NCBI GenBank assembly: GCA_052390235.1
Contig: JBQTHB010000002.1
Coordinates: 352,001-416,000, forward strand
DNA length: 64,000 bases
Origin: Deltaproteobacteria bacterium
GTDB lineage: Bacteria > Desulfobacterota_D > UBA1144 > Nemesobacterales > CSP1-2
Direction: 5' to 3'
Numbering within the stretch: the stretch's first letter is position 1; every line of letters begins with the position of its first letter. The position numbers and the translations under genes were made by a program. Shown piece by piece: positions 29,581 to 38,635 of the stretch. The notes under the pieces were generated by a model that saw only the letters and a program-made list of their open reading frames with translations, was not told the origin of the DNA and did no database searches.

Positions 29581-30384
29581 CTATCTGCGGCATTCGAGCC
29601 TGCCGTTATCGTTTACAATCGAGCCTCTGCAATTTTTGAAATTGATGTCTGTATCCCTCCAGCCGCCCGTGTCTTTTTTGCACTCGGCCTCGAGGTAATC
29701 CCCGTCAATGCGGATGTCTCGGCAGGTGAAAACGTAGCTCCCTTCGGGCAGAGCCGCCGCCCTTGAATTGCACGAGAGCCTGCCGTCGTTGTTGAAAATG
29801 TTGCCGGAGCAGTTTTTGTATTTGATGGAGGTTCTGCGCAAATCACCGGCCGAGTCGAAGCACCGCGCTTTGAGGGTGTCGCCGTCAATGTCGAGGTCTC
29901 GGCAGGTGATACGGTAGCTTCCGGCGGGGAAGGTCGAGGCGGAGGAGTTGCACGAGAGCCTGCCGTCGTCGTTGAAAATGTTGCCGGAGCAGTTTTTATA
30001 CTTGATGGAGGTTTTGCGCAAATCGCCGTCCCTATCGAGGCAGCGCGCCTTGAGCGTGTTCCCGTCAATATCGAGGTCTCGGCAGGTGAGTCTGTAGCTT
30101 CCGAGCGGCACGCCAGTGTTTCGCCAATTTCCGCACTCAAGCCTGCCGTTGTCGTTTACAATGTAGTCGCAGTCAACGAAAAATATCGTGCTTCTGCGCC
30201 AATCCCCGCCGCGCTCGCGGCAGGTTGCCTGAAGCAGGTAGCCGATAACGATGAAATCTTTGCAGGAATTTTCATAGTTTCCGGGGGGCAAATTCTGCGT
30301 CGCTCCGCCTCCCTCGGGGATGGCGAATGCCACTATCAGGAATAAAATCGCCGATAGCGCTATCATTAAGTGTAATTTTCTCAT
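29581..30384 (-). CDS. Secreted protein with four cyanovirin-N (CVNH)-like Cys repeats
   Basis: Signal peptide then 4x PxGxY..[ST]C.D....G..L.A.C....G..R...I....C...I.N..GRL.C. Confidence 0.75.
   Translation of the reverse strand: MRKLHLMIALSAILFLIVAFAIPEGGGATQNLPPGNYENSCKDFIVIGYLLQATCRERGGDWRRSTIFFVDCDYIVNDNGRLECGNWRNTGVPLGSYRLTCRDLDIDGNTLKARCLDRDGDLRKTSIKYKNCSGNIFNDDGRLSCNSSASTFPAGSYRITCRDLDIDGDTLKARCFDSAGDLRRTSIKYKNCSGNIFNNDGRLSCNSRAAALPEGSYVFTCRDIRIDGDYLEAECKKDTGGWRDTDINFKNCRGSIVNDNGRLECRR
29768..30103. repeat. 180-bp-period tandem repeat within CVNH-like gene
   Basis: TTGCACGAGAGCCTGCCGTCG..GTTGAAAATGTTGCCGGAGCAGTTTTT at 29768 and 29948, similarity continuing through the unit. Confidence 0.85.
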
Positions 30385-30480
30385 CTGCTCCACCTCGAAT
30401 TGAGATTAAATTGAGTATCTTACAAATCTCGCGGCCGTGTCAAGGGATGATTTCGCTCCAGTCAGATAATAGGGATTCGC

Positions 30481-31035
30481 TCATCTAGCTTCACTGCCGC
30501 CGCCGAGCGCAAACCCCGAAATGAGCGTATAAATTGACCCGTGAGGGCAGAGTTTGCTCTTCATTACCGCAATACGCTCTATCTGAAATTTAATCCTCGG
30601 CGGAGTGGGAATATTCCCCGCCGGGCGTTTTGCTCCCGCGGCGCGCCCTAGGGTGAGGTGAGGCTTAAACCGCCGCTCCTCTTTTGGGAATCCCAATTGA
30701 GATAATCCCCGCTCGAGTCTCTTGTGAAAGCCCAGGAGCGCGGAATTTGCGGATAACCCCAGGAATACCACGCGCGGTCTGTCTAATTCTGGGAATCCGC
30801 TGAGGCTGCCAGTTTCCATCTCAAACGGTTTTTCCCCTGCCGCCCCGTCGCCGACGAGTTTGATAACTCCATCGAGCGCTGGCTGCCCGACCTCGCCCAA
30901 GAATTTGAGCGTAAGGTGGATTTTATCGGGATGTTCCCATTTGATCCCCTTCCACAGGGGCTTTATCTCGCCCACATACTCGGCAATCGCGCACTTCAGC
31001 TCACTTGGCGCTAGGGCGGCTATGAATATTCTCAT
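30481..31035 (-). CDS. thpR: RNA 2',3'-cyclic phosphodiesterase (2H phosphoesterase)
   Basis: MRIFIA, HLTLKFLG and FKPHLTLGR (two HxT motifs). Confidence 0.92.
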   Translation of the reverse strand: MRIFIAALAPSELKCAIAEYVGEIKPLWKGIKWEHPDKIHLTLKFLGEVGQPALDGVIKLVGDGAAGEKPFEMETGSLSGFPELDRPRVVFLGLSANSALLGFHKRLERGLSQLGFPKEERRFKPHLTLGRAAGAKRPAGNIPTPPRIKFQIERIAVMKSKLCPHGSIYTLISGFALGGGSEAR

Positions 31036-31302
31036 CTGCTAAATATTACACGACGGCGAAAAATCCCCCCATCTGATAAAATGCCCCTTTGCGTTCGGAA
31101 TAACAGGAGCCAGAGGTTTTCAGGATGACTCCTTTTTTGTCATTTTGAGTCTGAGATGAACGGAGTTCCCGCTCGGCTCCCCAGCGCTAAGACGCCTCTG
31201 CCGAGCTGGGGGCGGCCGCTCTTGGAGATGAAAAACTCCTTGATAACAACCCCCCTCTTTATATAATATAGGCTCATAACACAACAACGGAGGTCTGAAT
31301 AA

Positions 31303-32064
31303 ATGAAACTCAAAGACAAAGTGGCTCTTATCACCGGCGGGAGCCTGGGGCTTGGGAAATACACGGCAATTCTCTTCGCGCAGGAGGGGGCGAGGGTTCT
31401 CATCACCGGACGCACCGAGAAAACCCTCAGAGAAGCCGTCGAGGAGGCGAAAAAACAGGGCGCTCACATTGATTATCTCGTAAGCGACGTGGCAAAAGAG
31501 GCCGACTGTAAATCCGCCGTGGACTATACCATCAATAAATACGGCAGAATTGATATTCTCTTCAACAACGCCGGAGTCCTTCCCGTTGGCACGACCCACG
31601 AAACCTCCGTCGAGGACTGGGACAGAGTCTTCAATATAAACGTCAAGGGGACTTGGCTAATGTCGAAATTCTCCATCCCCCATATGCTCAACCGAGGGTA
31701 CGGGTGCATAATTAATAACTCCTCAATATTGGGATTAAAGGCAATTCCCGGAGTCGCCGCTTATAACTCCACAAAAGGCGCGGTTACCCAGCTCACAAGG
31801 AGCATGGCGCTTGAGTACGCCTCCAAGGGAATCCGCGTAAACGCCATCTGCCCCGGCACTATCGTTACGCCGATGGTTGAAAACCTCATAGACGGGTTCG
31901 AGGACAAACAAGCCGCCGAAGCACTGTTTACCTCATTCCATCCGATAGGACGCCTCGGAAGACCTGAGGAAATTGCCCACGCCGTGATGTTCCTGTGCGA
32001 TGACAACGTCGGCTTTATGAACGGAACTATGCTCTCAGTGGATGGAGGCTGGGTAGCGAAGTAG
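31303..32064 (+). CDS. SDR family NAD(P)-dependent oxidoreductase
   Basis: TGGSLGLG, NNAG, YNSTK, IRVNAICPG. Confidence 0.93.
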   Translation: MKLKDKVALITGGSLGLGKYTAILFAQEGARVLITGRTEKTLREAVEEAKKQGAHIDYLVSDVAKEADCKSAVDYTINKYGRIDILFNNAGVLPVGTTHETSVEDWDRVFNINVKGTWLMSKFSIPHMLNRGYGCIINNSSILGLKAIPGVAAYNSTKGAVTQLTRSMALEYASKGIRVNAICPGTIVTPMVENLIDGFEDKQAAEALFTSFHPIGRLGRPEEIAHAVMFLCDDNVGFMNGTMLSVDGGWVAK

Positions 32065-32172
32065 GTTTTCGCAGTAGGAATTAAATTTCAGGGAAAAGGG
32101 GGGGATGGGTAATCTCTCCTCTTCCTCCCTTGCTATTCTGACCATAGAATGTAACCTATTGCCTTCGTATTT

Positions 32173-32541
32173 ATGAAACACCTAATCATCGCTAAGAAAC
32201 AACGGTTCTCTAAACTTCAAAACGGCAGGTTCGTATCCACGCTGGTCTCGGCGCTGTCAGTATTTTTTCTCCTCTCCGTTTCGCTTCATGCGCACGGATA
32301 CTCTCCCTCCGGCGGCGTATCGCTGGGAGCGGCGCACTCTCACTCCTCTGCAAAGGTCAGCCACTCGCCGGATTTCTGTCCCGTATGCCGCGCGGGGACA
32401 AAGCTAAGACCCGCCGACGAGGCTTCGGAATTTCGCATTGGCTTATCTGCCAATACTCAGAACTATCTCGTCCTAGATGTTTTAATCCCGCATTTATTTC
32501 TCGCCTCGGAGAAACCCTCCCGCTCGCCTCCGTCGGTCTGA
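32173..32541 (+). CDS. DUF2946-like leader protein (signal peptide, His-rich, CxxC, C-terminal RSPP)
   Basis: Hydrophobic segment then HAH...HSH...H, CPVC, ending SRSPPSV*. Confidence 0.72.
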   Translation: MKHLIIAKKQRFSKLQNGRFVSTLVSALSVFFLLSVSLHAHGYSPSGGVSLGAAHSHSSAKVSHSPDFCPVCRAGTKLRPADEASEFRIGLSANTQNYLVLDVLIPHLFLASEKPSRSPPSV

Positions 32542-32728
32542 TTCTGCGGCGGCAGGATTTTAATCTGATTCTTATGAGAATTCACTGTTCCCCCATCGGT
32601 TGATTCTCACTGTCTTCGGATGTCGTTGCCGCCATAACTCCCTTATATAATTCGAAAATTCAATCCGACCCTATTATCACAATGAAAGCGCTCAGCGACA
32701 AATACCGCTATTGCGCGGAGGTGAGCTA

Positions 32729-34084
32729 ATGATAAGGAATTACATATTGATTATAGCCGTTCTAATATTTTCCATCTCGGCGATGCCAATGGCGGCTCTT
32801 GCCGAAAAAGACGGTATCAAACAACAGATGCAAGAGCTTCGGGAGCAAATGAAAGCCATGCAGCAGAGGCTGAACGAACTCGAAGAGAAAAACCAGATGC
32901 TCGAAGATGAGTCCAAAGCTCAAAGAGTAAAATCCGAGGAAGCGATTGTGAAATCCGCCCCTCAACCTGACGGGGGCTATATTCAGCGGGTGATTCAGTC
33001 CCTCAATCCCGATATAAGCGCTATCGGGCTATTTTCAGCCGCCTATTTCTCTGAGGACGAGCCGTTTGTGCGCGCCGAAGCGGACCCCGAAAATACGGGA
33101 GTAAATCTTCAGGAAATCGAAATTGGTTTTCAGGCGAGTATTGACCCCTACCTCAGAGCGGACAGTTTCTTCTCCATAGGGCGCGAGGGGATAGAGACCG
33201 AGGAGGCTTACGCAACCACTCTGCTCACACTCCCGCTCAATCTGCAGATTCGCGCAGGGCTGATGAGGGCTAAATTCGGCAGAATAAACCTCCAGCATAG
33301 GCACGACCACGATTTCGCTACGCTTCCACTGCCTGCGGCGAGTTTTCTATCGGAGCATCTAAACCCCATCGGGGTGGAGTTTAATTTCCTTCTCCCGCTA
33401 CCGTGGTTCGCCGAGCTGAGCGCGTCCGTCAATAGCCCTGACGGTCTTGAAACCCCCACATTCGCCCGCGATGAAGACGCCAATGACCTCGCGCGCTTGC
33501 TGTACATATTCCACTCTTCCAATTTCTTTGAACTCAGCGAAGCCCTCTCGCTCAAGCTCGGAGCGTCCTTTGCCACTGGCGCAAACGGGACGGAGCCGGG
33601 AAGCCGCTCAAACCTCTACGGCGGGGATTTATTCGTGAAGTACCGCCCTCTGCGCGGGAGTAGCCCATATCAAGAACTATCCCTGCAGTCTGAATTTATC
33701 TATCAGCAGGCTGAGACCACCGACGCCGACCTCAACGACTGGGGCGGGTACGCTCAGGTTGTATATCGCTTCGCCAAGAGGTGGAACGCGGGAGCGAGAT
33801 TTGATTTCGTTGATACGGATGACCCCATATCGCTTTTGGAAGAAGAGGCGGGGATTGAGGAACTCGGCTTGAGAGTCGCAAGGACGGAAGAGGAAGAAGA
33901 GCCGTCGCTCGGACTCTTTGGCAAAGAGCTTAGGTACGCGGCGATGCTGACCTTCAACCCCAGCGAATTTTCCCGCATTCGGCTTCAGTACGAGTACTCC
34001 GACCCGGATTTTGCCGACTCCTCTCACGCGCTTTTCCTTCAGCTTCAGTATTCCATCGGAGCGCATGGGGCGCATAAGTTTTAA
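32729..34084 (+). CDS. Outer-membrane beta-barrel of metal (zinc)-regulated receptor/porin type
   Basis: Signal peptide, coiled coil, NPDIS, HRHDH, PSEFSRIRLQY, C-terminal IGAHGAHKF. Confidence 0.8.
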   Translation: MIRNYILIIAVLIFSISAMPMAALAEKDGIKQQMQELREQMKAMQQRLNELEEKNQMLEDESKAQRVKSEEAIVKSAPQPDGGYIQRVIQSLNPDISAIGLFSAAYFSEDEPFVRAEADPENTGVNLQEIEIGFQASIDPYLRADSFFSIGREGIETEEAYATTLLTLPLNLQIRAGLMRAKFGRINLQHRHDHDFATLPLPAASFLSEHLNPIGVEFNFLLPLPWFAELSASVNSPDGLETPTFARDEDANDLARLLYIFHSSNFFELSEALSLKLGASFATGANGTEPGSRSNLYGGDLFVKYRPLRGSSPYQELSLQSEFIYQQAETTDADLNDWGGYAQVVYRFAKRWNAGARFDFVDTDDPISLLEEEAGIEELGLRVARTEEEEEPSLGLFGKELRYAAMLTFNPSEFSRIRLQYEYSDPDFADSSHALFLQLQYSIGAHGAHKF

Positions 34085-34115
34085 GCTCATCACATAACTT
34101 TAGGAGACACTTCAA

Positions 34116-35042
34116 ATGAAAATAACACTATTCAAATTAATCGCCGCAGTAGCAATGTTTCTGTTGTTACCCCTGTCCGAGGCGTCGGCTAAGTTAAAAG
34201 TCGTCGCCACAGTACCCGACCTCGCCTCAATTGTCTCTGAGGTCGGAGGGGATAGGGTTGAGGTCAAATCCATCGCCAAGGGCTATGAGGACCCGCATTT
34301 CGTCTCGCCAAAGCCCAGTTTTGTTCTCATGCTCAATAAAGCTGACCTCCTGCTCCACGCCGGTCTCGATAACGAAGCGGGTTGGCTTCCGGCGCTTATC
34401 ACTGGGGCGAGGAATTCGGCAATCAACATTGGGGGGCAGGGGAATCTCGATTGCTCGTCGTTTGTGGCTAATATCCTAGAAATCCCGACGAGTAAGATTG
34501 ACCGCAGCATGGGGGACGTTCACCCCGGAGGAAATCCACACTACCTACTAGACCCTAGAAACGCCGCTTTCGTAGCCCGCGGGATTGCCGATAAGCTCGC
34601 GAGCCTAGACCCCGAAAACGCATCTTACTACCGCGAGCGCCTTGGGGATTTTACCACCCACCTGAGCGCGAAAATCAAGACCTGGGAATCGCGCCTTGCC
34701 CCGCACAAAGGGGTGGAGATTGTAACCTATCACAAGAGCTGGGTTTACTTCTCCAATTGGGCCGGATTCAGCGAAGCGGGCTATGTTGAACCCGTGCCGG
34801 GGATACCGCCGTCGCCCTCTTATGTGGCGGATTTGATACGGAAAATGCAGGCGATTCGCCTCAGACTCGTCATTGCCGAGTCGTTCTATCCGCAGAAGAC
34901 CCCGGCAATTGTCGCCCAGAAGGCAGGCGCGGCGTTTGTTACGCTTCCCTCAAGCGTCGGCGGCAGGGACGATGTGAAAACGTACTTTGACCTCTTTGAC
35001 GTTATAGTTGGCGAGATTGTGGCGAAGCTCGCGGCAAAGTGA
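34116..35042 (+). CDS. Metal ABC transporter substrate-binding protein (ZnuA/TroA family)
   Basis: EDPHF, GDVHPGGNPHY, TYHKSW. Confidence 0.92.
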   Translation: MKITLFKLIAAVAMFLLLPLSEASAKLKVVATVPDLASIVSEVGGDRVEVKSIAKGYEDPHFVSPKPSFVLMLNKADLLLHAGLDNEAGWLPALITGARNSAINIGGQGNLDCSSFVANILEIPTSKIDRSMGDVHPGGNPHYLLDPRNAAFVARGIADKLASLDPENASYYRERLGDFTTHLSAKIKTWESRLAPHKGVEIVTYHKSWVYFSNWAGFSEAGYVEPVPGIPPSPSYVADLIRKMQAIRLRLVIAESFYPQKTPAIVAQKAGAAFVTLPSSVGGRDDVKTYFDLFDVIVGEIVAKLAAK

Positions 35043-35179
35043 TGCGTGCAGAGATATTGCCCTCGCCCCCTCCGGCTGTGCGAGGCGGGGGGAGGGCGCC
35101 GAACTGCGGCGGTATTTCGGGCGCAGATGGATAGAACTTCAAGAGACGTAACGCGCTATTCCGGTAAAAATGAGACGCT

Positions 35180-35917
35180 ATGGCAGCAGCAGATTCATCC
35201 GCGCTAATAGAGCTTAAAAACGTAACCCTCGGCTACGACAGCGCCGTTCTGCGCTCGGTAAATCTATCCATTAGGCGCGGGGAGCGCTGGGGAATTATAG
35301 GGCCCAACGGGGGCGGCAAAACGACTCTCCTCAAGACAATTATCGGGTTGATTCCCCCTCTGGCGGGCAGTGTGGAGTCCAAAGAGAAACTCGTGTTCGG
35401 ATACGTCCCGCAGAGAGACTCATTCGATTCCCTATTCCCCCTCTCGACTCTCGAGGTGGTTTCAATGGGCAGATATAGCCGTGTCCGCGTGGGGGGCAGG
35501 CTCAATAACGAGGATTTGTCCATAGTCCATAGCGCGCTGGTAAAACTCGGAATAGAACGCCTCGCCCGACACCCTTTTCGGTCTCTTTCGGGCGGAGAGA
35601 AACAGCGCGCCCTCCTCGCCCGCGCCCTCGCCGGCGAGCCGGATATTCTCGCCCTCGATGAGCCGACGGCGTCCGTTGACCTAAAGGGCGAACTTCAGAT
35701 TATGGAAACTGTAAACAGCATCAAAATCGAATCGAATCTTGCGGTGATTATCGTGAGCCATTACCTAGGCACAGTGGCTAGGTTTGCGGACAGAGCCGCC
35801 CTCGCCGATAAGGACAATCAAACCTTCCTATCAGGAGGCGTGAGGGAAGTCATTACCTCTGAGGTTCTAAGTGGCGTTTTCGGATTGGATGCGTTTGGGA
35901 TGCGCGATGCGAGATGA
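35180..35917 (+). CDS. Metal ABC transporter ATP-binding protein (ZnuC-like)
   Basis: GPNGGGKTT, GYVPQ, LSGGEKQR, LDEP. Confidence 0.93.
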   Translation: MAAADSSALIELKNVTLGYDSAVLRSVNLSIRRGERWGIIGPNGGGKTTLLKTIIGLIPPLAGSVESKEKLVFGYVPQRDSFDSLFPLSTLEVVSMGRYSRVRVGGRLNNEDLSIVHSALVKLGIERLARHPFRSLSGGEKQRALLARALAGEPDILALDEPTASVDLKGELQIMETVNSIKIESNLAVIIVSHYLGTVARFADRAALADKDNQTFLSGGVREVITSEVLSGVFGLDAFGMRDAR

Positions 35918-35980
35918 TGCGGGATTTGTCCTAAATCTGGAATTTCCCACTGCGCTTTATGATTTGCCACCGGAGGGGGA

Positions 35981-36850
35981 TTGCACGGAATAGGCGAATT
36001 TGCCGACAGCTATTTTCTATGGCGAGACCCGATGATAGTGGGCATTGCGGCAGGAGCGGTTTGCGGCTTTCTCGGCGTGTATGTAGCGCTTCGGCGCATC
36101 ATATTCGTCAGCGCGGCCCTCACGCAGGTGTCGAGCTTAGGCGTTGCCCTCGCGTTCTACCTTCAAGGGTTAGCCTCTCACGGCTCGTTTGTGAGCGTGA
36201 TAAACCCGTTTGGCGTATCGCTTGCCATGACCGCTATTGCTTCGGGATTTTTCGCGCTCAAGAAAAATTATACTCGAATCAGCCAAGAGGGGGTCATAGG
36301 GTTTTTCTATGTTCTCGCATCGGGAATGGTAATAATCCTCTCAGAGCGCGCCGCCAAAGGGGCGCACGACATCTCGGACATCCTCTTCGGGAGCGCAGTC
36401 GTGGTGTCGCAGGCGGACGTTTGGGGGGTTCCTACCGCCGCTCTTCTAATTCTAGCTATACATCTGGTTTTTTTCAAGGATTTTCTCTTCGTCTCGTTTG
36501 ACCCTGAGATGGCATCGCTGTTTGGGTATCCGGTTAGGGCGCTCAATTTGGCTCTGATGCTCACGATAGGCGTCGCCGTTGCCGTCTCAACGCGGGCAAT
36601 AGGCGCGCTTCCGGTGTTTGGTTTAATGGCTCTGCCCGCTCTCGCCGCGCTCTATCTCACGGAGAATATAATTTGGGCATTTATCCTCTCGGCTTTAATT
36701 GGAACGGCGTCGGCGGGGCTTGGATATTTTTTCTCGTTTCTCCTCTCGATTCCAACCGGCGCGGCGATGGCGGCGATGGCGGCGGCATTTTTTCTCATTG
36801 CGTGGTTGTGGAGAGCTATAAAACCCCGCCTAATCCCGCGGGCTCAATAA
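35981..36850 (+). CDS. Metal ABC transporter permease (ZnuB-like)
   Basis: GFLGVYVALRR, ILFGS, SFDPEMA, polytopic. Confidence 0.92.
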   Translation: MHGIGEFADSYFLWRDPMIVGIAAGAVCGFLGVYVALRRIIFVSAALTQVSSLGVALAFYLQGLASHGSFVSVINPFGVSLAMTAIASGFFALKKNYTRISQEGVIGFFYVLASGMVIILSERAAKGAHDISDILFGSAVVVSQADVWGVPTAALLILAIHLVFFKDFLFVSFDPEMASLFGYPVRALNLALMLTIGVAVAVSTRAIGALPVFGLMALPALAALYLTENIIWAFILSALIGTASAGLGYFFSFLLSIPTGAAMAAMAAAFFLIAWLWRAIKPRLIPRAQ

Positions 36851-36879
36851 CCGCGAGTAAGAGGTGGGGGGAGGCGGAT

Positions 36880-37284
36880 TTACGGATTTTCCATCAGCGC
36901 CTTGACCTTGATATTCAAGCAGGAGTTGCATACGCCGGCGAAGTAGAAGAAATGATCCGTAATCTTGTAGTCCATCTCGTCCTCGATGTTGCGCTGGATT
37001 TCGTCGGCGAAACACCGCGCGAATTCTCGAATCTCGGAGCAGGATTTGCAAAATAGAAAATGCGCGTGTTCCCTCTTTGCGCTGTAGAAGAATCTCCCGT
37101 CAACTGAGAACGATATGGATTTGATAAGCCCATTTTTGGCGAGGAAATCAAGCGCCCTGTAAATGGTCGAGAGGTTCGGCTTGACTGTGGTTTTATCGTG
37201 GATCTCTCTGACCGTTAGCGGCTTTTCGGATTGTTCGATGACACTTAGGATCTCTCTTCTTAGGTCGGTGAAACTTAGCTTCAT
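36880..37284 (-). CDS. Fur-family regulator, probably Zur
   Basis: STIYRALDFL HTH, HAHFLFCKSC and CNSC; flanked by metal-uptake genes. Confidence 0.88.
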   Translation of the reverse strand: MKLSFTDLRREILSVIEQSEKPLTVREIHDKTTVKPNLSTIYRALDFLAKNGLIKSISFSVDGRFFYSAKREHAHFLFCKSCSEIREFARCFADEIQRNIEDEMDYKITDHFFYFAGVCNSCLNIKVKALMENP

Positions 37285-37346
37285 AGTGTCAATTTAAACC
37301 TAAATTTTCTGCTTTTCAATATTATCAGGAGATAAATTTTAATATA

Positions 37347-37399
37347 ACGCAAATACATCGCGCCAATTATTTGCATTACTGGAAATGTCCGGCTATTAT
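37347..37399 (+). promoter_or_regulatory. sigma70 promoter (TTGCAT-17-TATTAT) with overlapping imperfect GCAA/TTGC palindromes
   Basis: TTGCAT 37371-37376, TATTAT 37394-37399; GCAAAT...ATTTGC inverted repeat in divergent intergenic region. Confidence 0.45.
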
Positions 37400-37437
37400 C
37401 TTCCATCTGAATAATCCACTAGGAGGTCATCTGCAAT

Positions 37438-38616
37438 ATGCCTCGGAGAGCTAAAACTTGGGACATAGTTATCGTAGGCGCTGGAGCGGCGGGCGTAGGG
37501 TTTGGGGCTCTGCTCCAGTTTCTTGAGCTTCGGAATTTCACTATTCTCGAACGCCATGAAGTGGGGGCGTCTTTCAGCCGCTGGCCCAAGGAGATGAGAT
37601 TTATCTCCCCCTCTTTTTCGAGCAACTCGTTTGGGCTTGTGGATTTAAACGCCGTAACCCCGAACACCTCCCCCGCCTTCACGCTGAAAACCGAGCATCC
37701 CTCGGGCGGAGACTACGCCTCATATCTCATGGGAGTATCCAAGCGCTTCAAGCTCCCATTGCAGCTAGGAATTGACGTCCTCTCGATGGAGTCTCGCAAA
37801 GGGCGCGGGTTCATACTTCATACCTCACACGGGGACATCTCAAGCAGGTTTGTCGTATGGGCGGCTGGGGAATTTCAATACCCGCGCGCAAACGGCATCC
37901 CCGGCGCAGAACACTGCATTCATAGCTCATCCGTTTCCTCTTGGGCGGAGCTTCCGGGGGACGAACACGTCATTATAGGGGGCTATGAGAGCGGCATTGA
38001 CGCCGCCGTGAACCTAGCCGCCCTCGGCAGACGCGTAACGGTTATAGATAAAAAAGATACGCTCAAAGCCGACTCAAGCGACCCGAGCTGTAATCTCTCT
38101 CCCCACACTATGGACAGACTCCGCCGCGCCTCCTCGCTAGGGGAAATTAAGCTCGTCTCGGATGTTTCTGTGTCGAAAATCGAGCGCGCCGAAGCGAGCT
38201 ATACGGTCTCAAACGGCGCAGGGGTAATGTTCAGCGTTGATACCCCTCCGATACTCGCAACGGGCTACGCGGGAAGCCTAGGACTCATCGCTCCCCATTT
38301 CCAGTGGCATGAGAAGCGCTACCCTCTCCTCGGCGATAGCGACGAATCTACCATCGCCCCCGGGCTCTTTCTCATAGGCCCTGCGGTGAGGCACGGGGAG
38401 CTCAATTTCTGCTTCATTTATAAATTCCGACAGCGATTCGCCGTGGTCGCCAAGGCTATAGTCGAGCGGCTCGGAGCGGAGGTGGACGCTACGGCTTTTG
38501 ATTTCTATCGCCAAAAGGGGATGTTCCTCGACGACCTGTCGTGCTGCGGCGAAGAGTGCGCGTGCGGCCCGGCGGAATCAGGGCATAAGCACAACAAAAG
38601 CGGCGGCGATGCGTGA
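37438..38616 (+). CDS. NAD(P)/FAD-dependent oxidoreductase with Cys/His-rich tail
   Basis: GAGAAG, GGYESG, ATGY, FCFIYKFRQRF, tail DDLSCCGEECAC...HKH. Confidence 0.88.
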   Translation: MPRRAKTWDIVIVGAGAAGVGFGALLQFLELRNFTILERHEVGASFSRWPKEMRFISPSFSSNSFGLVDLNAVTPNTSPAFTLKTEHPSGGDYASYLMGVSKRFKLPLQLGIDVLSMESRKGRGFILHTSHGDISSRFVVWAAGEFQYPRANGIPGAEHCIHSSSVSSWAELPGDEHVIIGGYESGIDAAVNLAALGRRVTVIDKKDTLKADSSDPSCNLSPHTMDRLRRASSLGEIKLVSDVSVSKIERAEASYTVSNGAGVMFSVDTPPILATGYAGSLGLIAPHFQWHEKRYPLLGDSDESTIAPGLFLIGPAVRHGELNFCFIYKFRQRFAVVAKAIVERLGAEVDATAFDFYRQKGMFLDDLSCCGEECACGPAESGHKHNKSGGDA

Positions 38617-38635
38617 ATAATTTGAGGACAGGATA

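Noticed and set aside
29613..30140. Pro/Thr/Ala-rich repeat ORF
   Set aside because: Alternative frame of the CVNH-like repeat gene.
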